DNA of 64,000 bases, taken from positions 154,201 through 218,200 of the forward strand of contig NC_092679.1 in NCBI RefSeq assembly GCF_964355755.1, written 5' to 3'. The notes under the pieces were generated by a model. It was not told where the DNA came from and made no database searches. It saw only the letters and a program-made list of their open reading frames with translations. Of the stretch, positions 36,401-48,805 are shown one piece after another; positions within the stretch are counted from its first letter, which is position 1; each line of letters begins with the position of its first letter. Source of the stretch: Antedon mediterranea. Lineage: Eukaryota; Animalia; Echinodermata. The translations under genes and the position numbers were made by a program.

Positions 36401-38897
36401 AAACATACTGCCATTCATATTGCTATTTAAGACTTTAACCGATTGTCTTTTAAAAAGAAATCTAGTATCTTTTGTTACATAGGAAATTAAAAACACATTA
36501 TATATAGTTGAATGCTCAATTGTTATGTATATAAGAAGAATATCACACATATCAAAGACTATTTTATTCATGCAGAGATTAGAAATCTATACCAAGATAA
36601 ATAATACTTATAGAACTCTGCTTTATTCATTAATAACCAGATAAATTAACGTTTTGATTTATCTTTGCATTTGCATATCTTAAATGCAATATCAAATGTA
36701 TAAATTTTCATAATACTAACCTTTTCAGACTTCTGTTTTTTTTGCCTACTGTTTTCAAATAATTTAAAACATTATAGAGAATTGTTTATGTTGCATAATA
36801 TGTACTGTAATTAATTCAAAAACTTATAAAAACCACAATTAAAACTGTAAAAAAAAATTCCAGAACTGTAATATGATAAAGATATGGACTTATTAACACA
36901 TTGTACACTCTTTTGTAGTGTTGTAATTTATTGCATTATTTAATTTTTCACAGAGAAAATACTTCAGTTTGACTATACAAGATACAATTACAAAGATTCT
37001 TTTATCTTGGCCTCATGAATAATACATTTGTTTGTTCCTCAATTACAAAGATTCTTTTATCTTGGCCTCATGAATAATACATTTGTTTGTTCCTCAATTA
37101 CAAAGATTCTTTTATCTTGGCCTCATGAATAATACATTTGTTTGTTCCTCAATTACAAAGATTCTTTTATCTTGGCCTCATGAATAATACATTTGTTTGT
37201 TCCTCAATTACAAAGATTCTTTTATCTTGGCCTCATGAATAATACATTTGTTTGTTCCTCAATTACAAAGATTCTTTTATCTTGGCCTCATGAATAATAC
37301 ATTTGTTTGTTCCTCAATTACAAAGATTCTTTTATCTTGGCCTCATGAATAATACATTTGTTTGTTCCTCAATTACAAAGATTCTTTTATCTTGGCCTCA
37401 TGAATAATACATTTGTTTGTTCCTCAATTACAAAGATTCTTTTATCTTGGCCTCATGAATAATACATTTGTTTGTTCCTCAATTACAAAGATTCTTTTAT
37501 CTTGGCCTCATGAATAATACATTTGTTTGTTCCTCAATTACAAAGATTCTTTTATCTTGGCCTCATGAATAATACATTTGTTTGTTCCTCAATTACAAAG
37601 ATTCTTTTATCTTGGCCTCATGAATAATACATTTGTTTGTTCCTCAATTACAAAGATTCTTTTATCTTGGCCTCATGAATAATACATTTGTTTGTTCCTC
37701 AATTACAAAGATTCTTTTATCTTGGCCTCATGAATAATACATTTGTTTGTTCCTCAATTACAAAGATTCTTTTATCTTGGCCTCATGAATAATACATTTG
37801 TTTGTTCCTCAATTACAAAGATTCTTTTATCTTGGCCTCATGAATAATACATTTGTTTGTTCCTCAATTACAAAGATTCTTTTATCTTGGCCTCATGAAT
37901 AATACATTTGTTTGTTCCTCAATTACAAAGATTCTTTTATCTTGGCCTCATGAATAATACATTTGTTTGTTCCTCAATTACAAAGATTCTTTTATCTTGG
38001 CCTCATGAATAATACATTTGTTTGTTCCTCAATTACAAAGATTCTTTTATCTTGGCCTCATGAATAATACATTTGTTTGTTCCTCAATTACAAAGATTCT
38101 TTTATCTTGGCCTCATGAATAATACATTTGTTTGTTCCTCAATTACAAAGATTCTTTTATCTTGGCCTCATGAATAATACATTTGTTTGTTCCTCAATTA
38201 CAAAGATTCTTTTATCTTGGCCTCATGAATAATACATTTGTTTGTTCCTTTATTTCTTTTACAAACATTATGTATAATTTATGTTTAGGCATCAACCTTA
38301 TTATCTATCTACTATAAATAGAGTGTTGTCAGGGCCGTAACCGACATGAGGCAGACGAGGGGCTTGCCTCAACTGAAATTTTGACCCTAATTCTCTATTA
38401 ATAATAATATTTAAAGCATCTTTGCCTCGTCTGTTGTTAACCTCTTGCTACGCCCTTGGTTGTTTATGCCTTTCTATTATTTGGCTTGTGATTTCCATGT
38501 GTTAATGTACTTTTTTCAGAGTCTCTTTGAGTCAACCAATTTACATTGTGTAGAAGAAATATCAAATGAAACCGACACAACAGAAATGAATGATGAATTT
38601 TATTTAGAAAATGATGAAACTGATTTGATTATAAGCAATGAAGAACAAGAGAGCCAGCTGAGTTATAAGTATAATAATGATGATTTCAGATCCAGAAGCA
38701 TTGTGCAGCGTGTTGTTAAATATGCCCTACCCATACAAATTCTCCTTTCTGTTTATATGATTCTAATTTTGGTTATTCCATCAATTATTGAAACGTCTGG
38801 TTGGGAGTGTTCCTTGTCTATTAATAACAAGGCGTTTTTTGAGAGCCTTACTATGAATCCTATTCTGAAATATATTAAAGGTCCACCACCTACTTAG
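27482..38897 (+). CDS. Spectrin-repeat KASH-domain outer nuclear membrane protein (AKAP6/Klarsicht/nesprin-like), 10 coding exons, ~1140 aa
   Basis: Exons 27482-27667, 28424-28546, 28826-29059, 29912-30060, 30371-30518, 31461-31814, 32286-32495, 33021-34589, 35012-35083, 38520-38897 sum to 3423 nt in frame. Spectrin-like helices: WKGFSQQLDELTNWLSDV..QLEKH..IEIQWKGL; LKAWLTETERKL; LQLAVINLERRWDAI. Then a long acidic Ser-rich exon and the KASH: RVVKYALPIQILL(TM)..C..NN..PILKYIKGPPPT*. Confidence 0.9.
29070..29181. mobile_element. MITE family A, copy 4
   Basis: agccttgtctacactatcaaactttatgtg...cacataaagtttgatagtgtagacagagct. Confidence 0.8.
29328..29420. mobile_element. MITE family A, copy 5
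   Basis: agctctgtctacactatcaaact...agtttgatagtgtagacaga. Confidence 0.8.
30628..31108. repeat. 73-bp minisatellite x~6, interrupted once
   Basis: Unit tgtcttacgtgggacgcaacatccagagaggccccagcatttgcctaaaacaaagtaaaacaaaaaacaaaca. Confidence 0.93.
32556..32768. repeat. 17-bp minisatellite (ACACAACMTCCAGTTAA) x~12
   Basis: Visible tandem copies in KASH-gene intron 7. Confidence 0.95.
35135..36030. repeat. 64-bp minisatellite x14
   Basis: Unit gttgttaatattgagtgctgatgtgataacatagaacaaactctaaaagtgatgcgagcgattc, starting ~50 nt after the donor at 35083. Confidence 0.97.
36985..38248. repeat. 55-bp minisatellite x23, apparently identical copies
   Basis: Unit caattacaaagattcttttatcttggcctcatgaataatacatttgtttgttcct. 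Confidence 0.98.
38330..38458. mobile_element. Short hAT-like MITE remnant
   Basis: cagggccgtaac ... gctacgcccttg imperfect termini, with an internal gaggcagacgagg/tgcctcgtctg inversion. No clear TSD. Confidence 0.35.
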
Positions 38898-39250
38898 ATT
38901 ATACCGGTTTAATTTAAGTGGTTACCTCTATGTACATATATAAATTTATTTTAACAATTAAAATTAGACAATTTACTTGCATGAATCAGTTTTTAGATAT
39001 TAAAAGAGGTCCATCACCTACTTAGATTATACTTATAATATACCGGTTTAATTTAAGTGGTTACCTCTTTGTATATATACAAATTTAGTTACATTTAAAA
39101 AATTATACAATTTACTTGCATGAATCAATTTTTAAATATCAAGAAACCTACTTAGATTATTATTATTATTACCTCTTTGTACATACACAAATTTAGTTTA
39201 ACAATTTTTAACTTTCATGAATTACTTTGCATGAATTCATTTTAAAACAT
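38853..39250 (+). repeat. Degenerate ~130-bp triplication spanning the KASH C-terminal codons, stop and proximal 3' UTR
   Basis: atgaat...cctacttagattat...ttacctct.tgta.ata.a.aaattta...ttgcatgaat recurs three times. Confidence 0.85.
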
Positions 39251-40904
39251 CAGAGTTATACATATTAATAAGGAACAATGTACAAAGAAATGACTCAAAT
39301 TAGCATCGTGGATTTCTGCATTTTATTGAAAATAATTACAGTGAACAATATAATTTTCTACTTGGCCCACATCTGTTGTACACTGACCCACTTTTAATGA
39401 TACTGTGCCCTGCATCTGGTCTCCCATTCAACGACCCTTGCAATCTATGGTCAGTATTGCTTAGTGAGAATACTGACCAATCATTAACCAATATGAGAAA
39501 GTATTTTATCTGATAATGAGATATACATCAAAATAAGTGAATAGCGTTCTACTACTATGTTGCTGCGTTATAACACCATTCATCTAACCATGCCTTGCAC
39601 CTTCTTATTATCATTTAAGTTCAACTGGTCATTGCATGCTTAATTCACCCACTCATTGCATGCTTACTTTATCTAATTGGTATATTCTAAGTTTGTCTGG
39701 TCATGAGGCATGTACTTATCTTGTGTCAGTCAATCAACTTGTGCTAACTCATTTACTTAATTTGTAAGCTGTCACTCTCAATGCTGTCTTTTTAAATCTT
39801 TTATTCTTCTACTGACTACCAACTTAACTCCATTTCTGTTCTAATCCACACAGGTTGATGTGCATGTTAATTTTTTAAATTACAAAATTTAAATGTTCTT
39901 AAAGGTAGTATTCAACCAATCCGCTTGTTTTCCTTTGATATTTATTTAACCCTCTCATTTATTTATTTGTATTATCAATCTGTTTTCAATATTAATTTTG
40001 AATGCCTAGATTCATTAGTTCATTTATATATTTGTTTAACTTTTCTTTATTCTATTCTCATTCAATCACCAATTCTTTCTTTCTTCATTCATTTCTTTTT
40101 AAAATTCATTCTCTTTATTTATTTCATTGCTTATTCTCTCATCTTTTATTCATATTTTCATCCTAACTTTTATTTAATTCCGTATTCTTTCATCTTTCTT
40201 TTTTAGTATTAAGTCTTTCATTTATTTAATTGCCCATTCTATTATTCTTTAACATGCATTCATTTTACTTATTTTACTCATTTTTCATTTTCACATTCTT
40301 TTAACCATTTATGTTTTCATTCCTTTATTTTGTCTTCATTCACCCATTCTGCTTTTTGTTTCATTATTTGTTAATTCACGCATGCATTCCATAACATGCA
40401 TTAATATTACATTCTTATTGTTGTAGTATGCTATTGCTACTGTTTTGTTGCATAATCTGAATATCAGAAATACGTTCTTTATTGGTTAATACGTTGGTGG
40501 GTATTCTAAAAGCAGTTCTGATTTAGGTAAATAGCAAGAGTCGTCGTCGTATACAAAGGAGCCATATGTTAGCAAACATTAGAGGGCACATACAAGTGTT
40601 ATGGGAATTGAATCCTCTTAGTAATTCACCAGGGTCTAGTCATAATACAACTTGATATTATTCAGATATGTGTTCATGATTAACAACTCATACATATCAA
40701 CAATATTTTAATAATGGTCAACATCAAATAAATTGCATATTTAGTTCATAGTTTCTCTGAAAATCCACAGATCTATATTATTTGTACATTTTTACTGGTA
40801 AATGTTTAGTGGGTTACATTTGGTATATTTAATACTGTGTTAATATTTATGTAGTATTTATGTAGTTATGCACAGTGAGATTTCATTTGCAGATTTATTT
40901 AACA

Positions 40905-41275
40905 GGTTTAGTCATCATGATTTAGATATTTGCCAAGAGATTAGATATCAGGGCTTAGATTATGCTAAGATTAAGTGGATCAGGATTAACTAGCAGAATA
41001 AGTTATCAAGGTTTAGATATGCTAAGAGATTAAATGGATCACATTTAGATATCATTTCTTAGATATATGCTAAGATTAAGTGGATCGGGATTATCTAGCA
41101 GAATAAGTTATCAAGGTTTAGATATGCTAAGAGATTAAGTGGATCAGGTTTAAGTCACCAGGACATAGATATTTGCTAAGATTAAGTGGATCAGGATTAC
41201 CTAACAGGATTAGTTACAGGGTTTACTTAGAGATTGAGTACATCAGGTTGATTCAGCAAGATTTAGATATTTAAC
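40905..41275. repeat. Degenerate tandem repeat (gctaagattaagtggatcagg-containing units)
   Basis: Repeated agatat..gctaag(ag)attaagtggatcagg blocks. Confidence 0.7.
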
Positions 41276-43551
41276 AGGGTTATTATTTATATACAGGTTT
41301 GGTTTAAGCATTTACTAAAATAGTTTGTTAATGTTTGTCTCTGTGTTACTAAATGTTTTTATGTTTGTAACCTTTAATGTTATTGTTTTTGTAGATACAT
41401 TAATTATGTATTAAACTGCAACTCGCTATAATTATTTTCAAATTACTATGGTATATGTCTAAGATATCATTTAAATAATATTTTTTAAATTCAAAATGTT
41501 ATAATTAGAGATCATTTTGAAATTGAAATATATCAAGATTTAAGAAGGTTAATTATATAATAATTAAGATTAATTTTATATAGAAATTATTTTATTAAAA
41601 TATATTGAATCAATTTGTTAGTTTAAATATTGTATAACTGAATGTAACATTAGACAATCATATTTTAATGCAAGACAATCTATTTAATGTAAAATTAATT
41701 TGATCAACTGAGAAAAATAAAAACAGTATTTACAGAGTACAGTACTTAAGATTTATAAAATGAATTTATTAAGATGAAACATATCAGTAATTTGTTGTTA
41801 GGACTATGTGCGGTCTTAGTGTGCTACTAAGTAGCTAACGAACAATAAATTACTGGTATAAAAGTTAGTTAGGCTGAAGGAATGGTGTAAAAAATGTATA
41901 TTTAAGGTGTAAATTGTATTTTATATGTATATAAGAGAACTAGTTTAAATAAGCTTATTTAAGATAGATTTTATAGGTTTTTATATGAAGCTCCAAAGGT
42001 AGGTTTGTATGCAAATAATTATGTAATATGACAAGTTGTGCTCAGATACAGTATTACAATTCCCACCAATTGGTTCCCAATATTTAAATATTTATAGTAG
42101 GCCTAGTTTAAAACAATTATTTAAAAGTTTTGGACATTTTAAAATATACTTATTTTAGACCAAATTGTGTGTAAACTGGAAATACTCTTACAAAAACACG
42201 TACAAGGCATTATAGGCGATTCCATATCATAGGGCGTTTTAACGCTATTTCCCAACATGCAACGCGCAAGCACCGCCAAACAAATCGAACTGCGCGTGCG
42301 CAATATTACGATCAACCATAGAATTGTATTATTGGCGATTCCATGTCATATTAATAAAGTCTTTAAAAAACCTGTTAACAGGTACCCGTACGATACAAGT
42401 ATGGATAGTTGAGGGTCACTCTGGAAATTCACAAATTAATGAGTACCCCGTATTTACAATAAACATTAAGGAGTTAAATAATTATTGTTAAGATATTCTA
42501 TTAAATTGATTTATTGAACAACATTTGAGAAATTACAGATGTGATTGATGATATTAATGTAATTAGTATCCAAGAAATGATTGATTGTTTTAAGAATCAT
42601 TAGTAGTTGAAACACGATTTTATCCACGAAATGTTTGCCCTGGAATTGGACAGTGATTCAAGATTGTATGTGCCTTTCTTTGAAGTAGGTTACATTACGT
42701 CGTGTATTAAGGATAGAAAACATTCCAAATGTGAACGTCGTCGTATTGTGTCCTTTAGCAAGTTTAATCCATCATTGTTGCTTATCTATGTAAGATCAAA
42801 CAGTCAGTTTTTGCAACATGTCCATCTTCTAATAGTATAGAGTCATCAAGATGGTGTCACTGTAAACCAGTGTGCACTACTTCCCATTCAACCTTATCTC
42901 TTTTTTTATGTAAGTTTTTATCGAAGAAAATGGGACAGCATTTAATGAAAGTTGGCAGGAATGTTTTTTCTATCTTGGACAACTATTTCTGATAGAAAGA
43001 AGATGGCATTTCATGTCAATATATTCCATTAAAGTTAAAGTTACTTCCATTTTATAATCAAAATCTAAAAAAATATACAAAAGGTGTAGAAGGACTTTTG
43101 TATGAATATCGAACTGTTACAATTTCGTCTTTAAGGTTTACGAACAATTATTACTATAACATACATTTAAAAGCTGAAATTGCACATCTATGAAATATGT
43201 TTAATTTAAATGCCAAAATATATTACTACAAGTATTACAATGTTGTTCAACAACTTTATGATCTTGCCATCTTTATCAACAGATTATGGAGCGTTAGTTT
43301 AAAATGTGTCAAAAGAAAGTATTTAGGAGTTTTAGGATTATATGTAATATCTTTAGAACATAAATTGCAATTACATTATTGTATTTAGTAATGTTTATTA
43401 ATTTAAAACGGTATATAAGAGCAGTGCACTGCTTATCAGTAACTAACTCATAGGGACTATATGTTTTTATAGAGAAAACTTTTGATTTTGTAATGGCTAC
43501 TTCTTTATCATTATTTTCCCCTTTTTTTTATAATTGCTTCACCAATCATTA

Positions 43552-43797
43552 GACTTGGTTGACACGCAAGGACGTAAGCGAGTTGACCAACTCGAATAAT
43601 CGCTTGTGATTATTACGTTGCGTTAAGTATGTTTTCCACTAGACGAATTTATTCGCGCGAATAGAAATCACTGTTTGTGACGTTAGAAAATGCGCAACCA
43701 ATCATAACTCAGAAATGTTCGATACGCGCGAATATCTTTGCTAATGGGAAACAGGCTTTACGTTGCGTCCTATCTTATCCTAGTGTGAACCAAGTTG
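43552..43797. mobile_element. Harbinger-like MITE family B with a second MITE nested at ~43625-43758
   Basis: Outer acttggttgacac..gcaaggacgtaa / ttacgttgcgtcct..ctagtgtgaaccaagt (same family as 52880-52953). Inner agtatgttttccactag..ttcgcgcga / tacgcgcgaa..ctaatgggaaacaggct. Confidence 0.55.
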
Positions 43798-45400
43798 ACG
43801 TTTGAATGTCCGTCTTTGGAAATAAAGGGAACTTTGCAAATCTACAAACGCCGCCTAAGGACAGCTTATGATACATTTTTATGCGTTTGAAAGTGAATAA
43901 ATTACCCCCAAATGGTTTGTGATAATAATCCCTGGGGGAATTTGTCTAACACGGGCTGAATGAACGCCTATCATAGCTACCCACAACCGAATATGTTAAC
44001 CATCTGTAGGAATGGGAGTTGTCCATCTTAAAGGCGACTGTCGATGCGAGTGCTTCCTGCCAAATGTCGGGATTAATTTCCCTTTGGCCAGGGCTTAGTC
44101 CTGAGAGAGACGGCCAGCGACATTCGATCGTCGTCCTTCATTCTTTATCATGTTTTAGAATACAACGTTAAATTGGCAATTATAATTCACAAATCATGAA
44201 CCGACCTAGATTTACTAAGTCTCATAATTCTGTAAAGCATTTCGTATTATTTTCTTTATAATGTTAACACCAATATTTTACTATATTGTTTTCAATACTA
44301 ACTAACTACTGTATTTTGTTACAAGAGTATGGTAATCAATAAGATAGCTTCCTTCCTAATACTTACTTAAATGTACGTAATTTGTGCTTACTCTACGTAT
44401 TATTCCGCATCCCTCCGTCTCCTTTAAATATTCAAATTCCACCCATTTTTAAAAGTTAATACTTTTTTTCATTTTCTCGATATAATTGCGCTTTTCATGT
44501 TAGTATATTATAACCTCTTAAATATCGTTTATCTACAAAGTTGAATGTTTCTCTTTCTCAGTGCAATGAGTGTGTTTCTTGTTACAACCGTTTTATAATT
44601 GTTATGTTATTTAAGTTTGTTTCTTGTTATGTTATTTAAGTTCATATCTTAAGTGTAATAAATTAAGATTGCTTACTAAGAATACTTTCGTTTGTGTTTT
44701 TTTTTTTGTAAAGTAGCCTATAGTTTTAGAATTTCTATAAATAATATAAGGAATGTAACAGTTGCTGCTTTCCTCTTTAAATATACGATGATCGATTTAT
44801 CTTCGAAAGACTTTTTTTCCTCTGCCAGGAGCAAATACAGGCCAACAACAATCTGAACAAAATTGTACTATAACTATCTGTATTATAATAATAAAACATA
44901 CGGAAATTGTTGCTTTCAAAATAGGATTTCTTTAAGCAAAAGATTCGGACTTTAAACAACGTTGCAATAAGCTTGCTTATTTATCATCTTAATTTCATTA
45001 TCTTGTGATTAATTTTGTTGTGATTCCTTATACGTATACCGCCCTCGTAGATGAGGAAGCGAGGGATAACCAGTACATAACTATATTGTTCATTATCTGC
45101 ATATCTGATTATATAATTGGTTGATTGGCAACCTATACATTGGAATAGTAATGTCTTTTCCAGTAATTTGGATTAGAATCATACAGATATTAACGTGATG
45201 TCCATGTTCAAACTTTACTACACTTTATTCAAGAATACGGTAGTGAAAACCGTTACATTATTCAATGTACAAAAGTATTTACAAACTCGATATAGATGCC
45301 AATATGAAGAGACCGAACAATGATAAGCAATAAAACTATCTAATCATTTAGACATTTTTCATCAGAGTAATTATACCGTATTGCTTGAAGTTATGTCAAC

Positions 45401-45690
45401 ACCATGGAGCCACCAGGGTCAGCCATAATACCATGGAGCAACCAGGGTCAGCCATAATACCATGGAGCCACCAGGGTTAGCCATAATACCATGGAGCCAC
45501 CAGGGTCAGCCATAATACCATGGAGCCACCAGGGTCAGCCATAATACCATGGAGCCATCAGGGTCAGCCATAATACCATGGAGCCACCAGGGTCAGCCAT
45601 AATACCATGGAGCCACCAGGGTCAGCCACAATACCATGGAGCCACCAGGATCAGCCATAATACCATGGAGCCACCAGGGTCAGCCATAAT
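45401..45690. repeat. 29-bp GC-rich minisatellite x10
   Basis: Unit accatggagccaccagggtcagccataat. Confidence 0.97.
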
Positions 45691-48672
45691 ATCGTATTTT
45701 TTTTCCATAAATTGAGTTGTTTCTATTGAAAATTTGAGAGTAAAACAATTTTATTAATATTTATTGTATTATTAGAATTCTTTCTGCGTTTATAAATTAA
45801 GGAGGTCAATCTTATCCAGCCATAGAAAGAAAACGATGTCGTGTAGAAACTTTTACTACAAGTATTTAAATGTATGAAGGTATAAAACGTGTATATGCTA
45901 ACAGCATTTTGTAAGAACGACTTCTATGGTATAAACATACCAACGGCTATCACCCTTACGGCGGCTTCAGCATTTCATACTCAAGTCTCCATGACAACGC
46001 CTCAAGTATGCCCGAAACAACGTATCTAACAAAACTCAGTTTTTATTCTTTTATTTAATCACATTTTGCAAAATAGTTTAGCAAGTGCCAATCAAATTAA
46101 TACATACTGTAATGTTTAGATTGTTAAACTTTGTTCTTAAAAGTGAGAGATTGTATGGAATATCAATTTCAATCGCCATTATAGAATGTAGGACTGTCTC
46201 TCAGAAATCAACCTTTTATAACTGGCAACACAACCTAAACTTGCTTAGTTTCTTCTTCTCCAAAGAATTCCTAGTTTTTAGTCGATGAAAAACGAAATTT
46301 ACATTAAAATAACGTTTATCCCCCGATTCATCAAAGTATCTTGAAATCTTTTTTAAAGAGATAAACATTTAATAGTTTTACTGACAGATTTTGAAACATT
46401 AAACGCGTTTTTCAAGTTGTTGCTTTCATTGTATTTCAAAAATTTGTCAAACTTGGTGCTAATTAGTTAGGAAGAAACACTAATTATCTGTGGTCCTTCG
46501 ATCTGTACATTTATATACGGCCTGGAATTAACATGATGAAACTACACGAAATGTAGGCCTACCATGGGCCTTAAATTTTTAGGCCTATGTCTTCTTCCTG
46601 GGTGAAGAAGTGTTCCACTCATCTTAGAAACAGGGCCTACTTTATGAGGCTATTTTGCGTTTATGTGTAAATGTTTATTTTATAAATAAAAATAATCAGT
46701 AAATATATTACAACCACAAAACAAAAGATGAAATAATATTTTACTGCTTGATGATCAATAGAATGGCAGGTCTTAAAAACAAGTAGAAATCTGGGATGTG
46801 TAACGCTCGTAATTTATTTACAACTTACATAAAGCCTTCAAAATGTTCAATTAAAAACGCTCAAATTATTTCGCATAACTTCACAGATTCGTTACAACTC
46901 TAGTAGTATTGAACAGTATGTTTCAAGTCTGTATTAAATCAATGGATATTACTGTGTTATTCAAAATATGCGATGAAAGCCAAATAAATAAAGTTTATCC
47001 TCCTAGGAGATAAAGAGAAAAAAAGCATCAACGTGAAGCATAAATATATAAATGCATCAATCACTTGAAGGCTTTCAGCATTATGTCATCGTCAATGCTT
47101 AAATTTATTACGAAACTTTTCTAATCAAATGTTTCTATTAAAATTTAAATCTACAATCGTCACTATAGAACAATGCATTAATCCAAGAGGGTTGTGTTGC
47201 TTTGGGTGTACCATATTATACAAATGATTTTAATTGAATAACTTTAATTGCGCAAATATTTTTTTTTTATTTCCTAGGCCAGTTATTTAAAAAAAATGTA
47301 TAAAGATAGAGTGTTTTAACCATATATATATATTGTTTTGAATTCATCACAAAATATCAAAGTCGGTGGTTCATTTATTAAGATACTCGTTGGTCTATTT
47401 GATTCTTTGTCTTTACTTTCAATCTTCTTCTGATTGTTACGCCTCACAATCAATAGCGATATAACATCTTAACTCACAAAGAGTGGACGGTAATTACTTT
47501 TATTATTGTTTCTATTTATTCTTGTAAATAGTTATTGAAATTGATTTTGACCATGCAAATAAATGAACGAACAAACAAACGAATTGACCATGCAAATAAA
47601 TGAACGAACAAACAAACGAATGACATGGTTGTGAGAATCGGTTTAGGTTCAAATCAGGAGAATGTTCACTCGCGCAGATAACTGTCCGTCAACGAATGCT
47701 ACGGAAACATACCAATCTTTGCAATGCTCGACCATTTCTAATATTCGGATAATTATGATACAAATATTAGTCATCAAACGCTCACATATCTACGTTGGTT
47801 TCTGTAAATGAATTAATATGTGGATATAATATACGCCCAAGGCGTCTGTGAAAAAAATGTTTTTGAGACAGATTTCCTTGTGTAATTATTCAAATTTATA
47901 TATTTTTACATGATTGTGTATTCTGAGTTGAAATGGTGTTTTTGATTACAATCAGTGGTTCTGAATCCCTGCTGACTATCCGTAAACAGACAGTTTGTTT
48001 GTGGTCAAGAAACGGGGTGATTGACCACTAACAGCGACGTATCTGCTATCAAATCTAAATTACTTTTGCATTATTCAAATGCACGATTTTATAGAATTAC
48101 TTTTCGCTTATTAAAATTTGCGAGTATAATTGACATTTTGAAAGATAAAACACTACAACAGATGAGATAAAAACATAACAATGTTTTAAATGATTGCGCA
48201 CCGGATCAGTTAATCATTTTGATGTGCTGAAAATGAAATGAAAAATGAGAAATGTGTAAGAAAAAGAGAGAATAAAGTTTTAAAAAAATCACGGTATGAA
48301 ATAGTTTTAACCGTGTACATTATTAAAATTATCCTTTTCTATATGTATAGGCCTATATCACCAAAACTAAATACAATCTTATTTCTTTCAATAGAATACT
48401 TCAATAAAAATCTTTTCTTTAAAAAAAAGTAGGAAAACCTGGGAAAGTATAAAATATATAACTCGTTCACAAAAAAACAAAGCTCAGTTCTGCCAGAGTT
48501 TATGATATTAAAAATATAGGTTCATACATTTACCAAAAATCATGCAAATTGCAATTTCGAATAAAAATTAACAGGTAAGACATTTTTATTTTCTTTGTTG
48601 GGTGTTTTCCATATCTTATCATTGATACAGTCATGTTTATGAGTGGCAGTGTGTCCAGGTAAATACGACTAA

Positions 48673-48805
48673 ACGTCTGTCTACACTATCAAACTAGTTT
48701 GACAAAAAAGTGTGATGTGCCCAAATAATATATGTGATATGAAATCATCATGTCCATATGGGCACATCACTTCTTTTGTCACATCAAGTTTGTGTAGACA
48801 GAGCT
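48673..48805. mobile_element. MITE family A, copy 6
   Basis: tctgtctacactatcaaactagtttgacaaaaaagtgtgatgtgccc...gtgtagacagagct. Confidence 0.75.

Noticed and set aside
39925-40206. Hydrophobic 93-aa ORF as a membrane protein (similarly 52150-52335)
   Set aside because: An artefact of T-rich low-complexity sequence.
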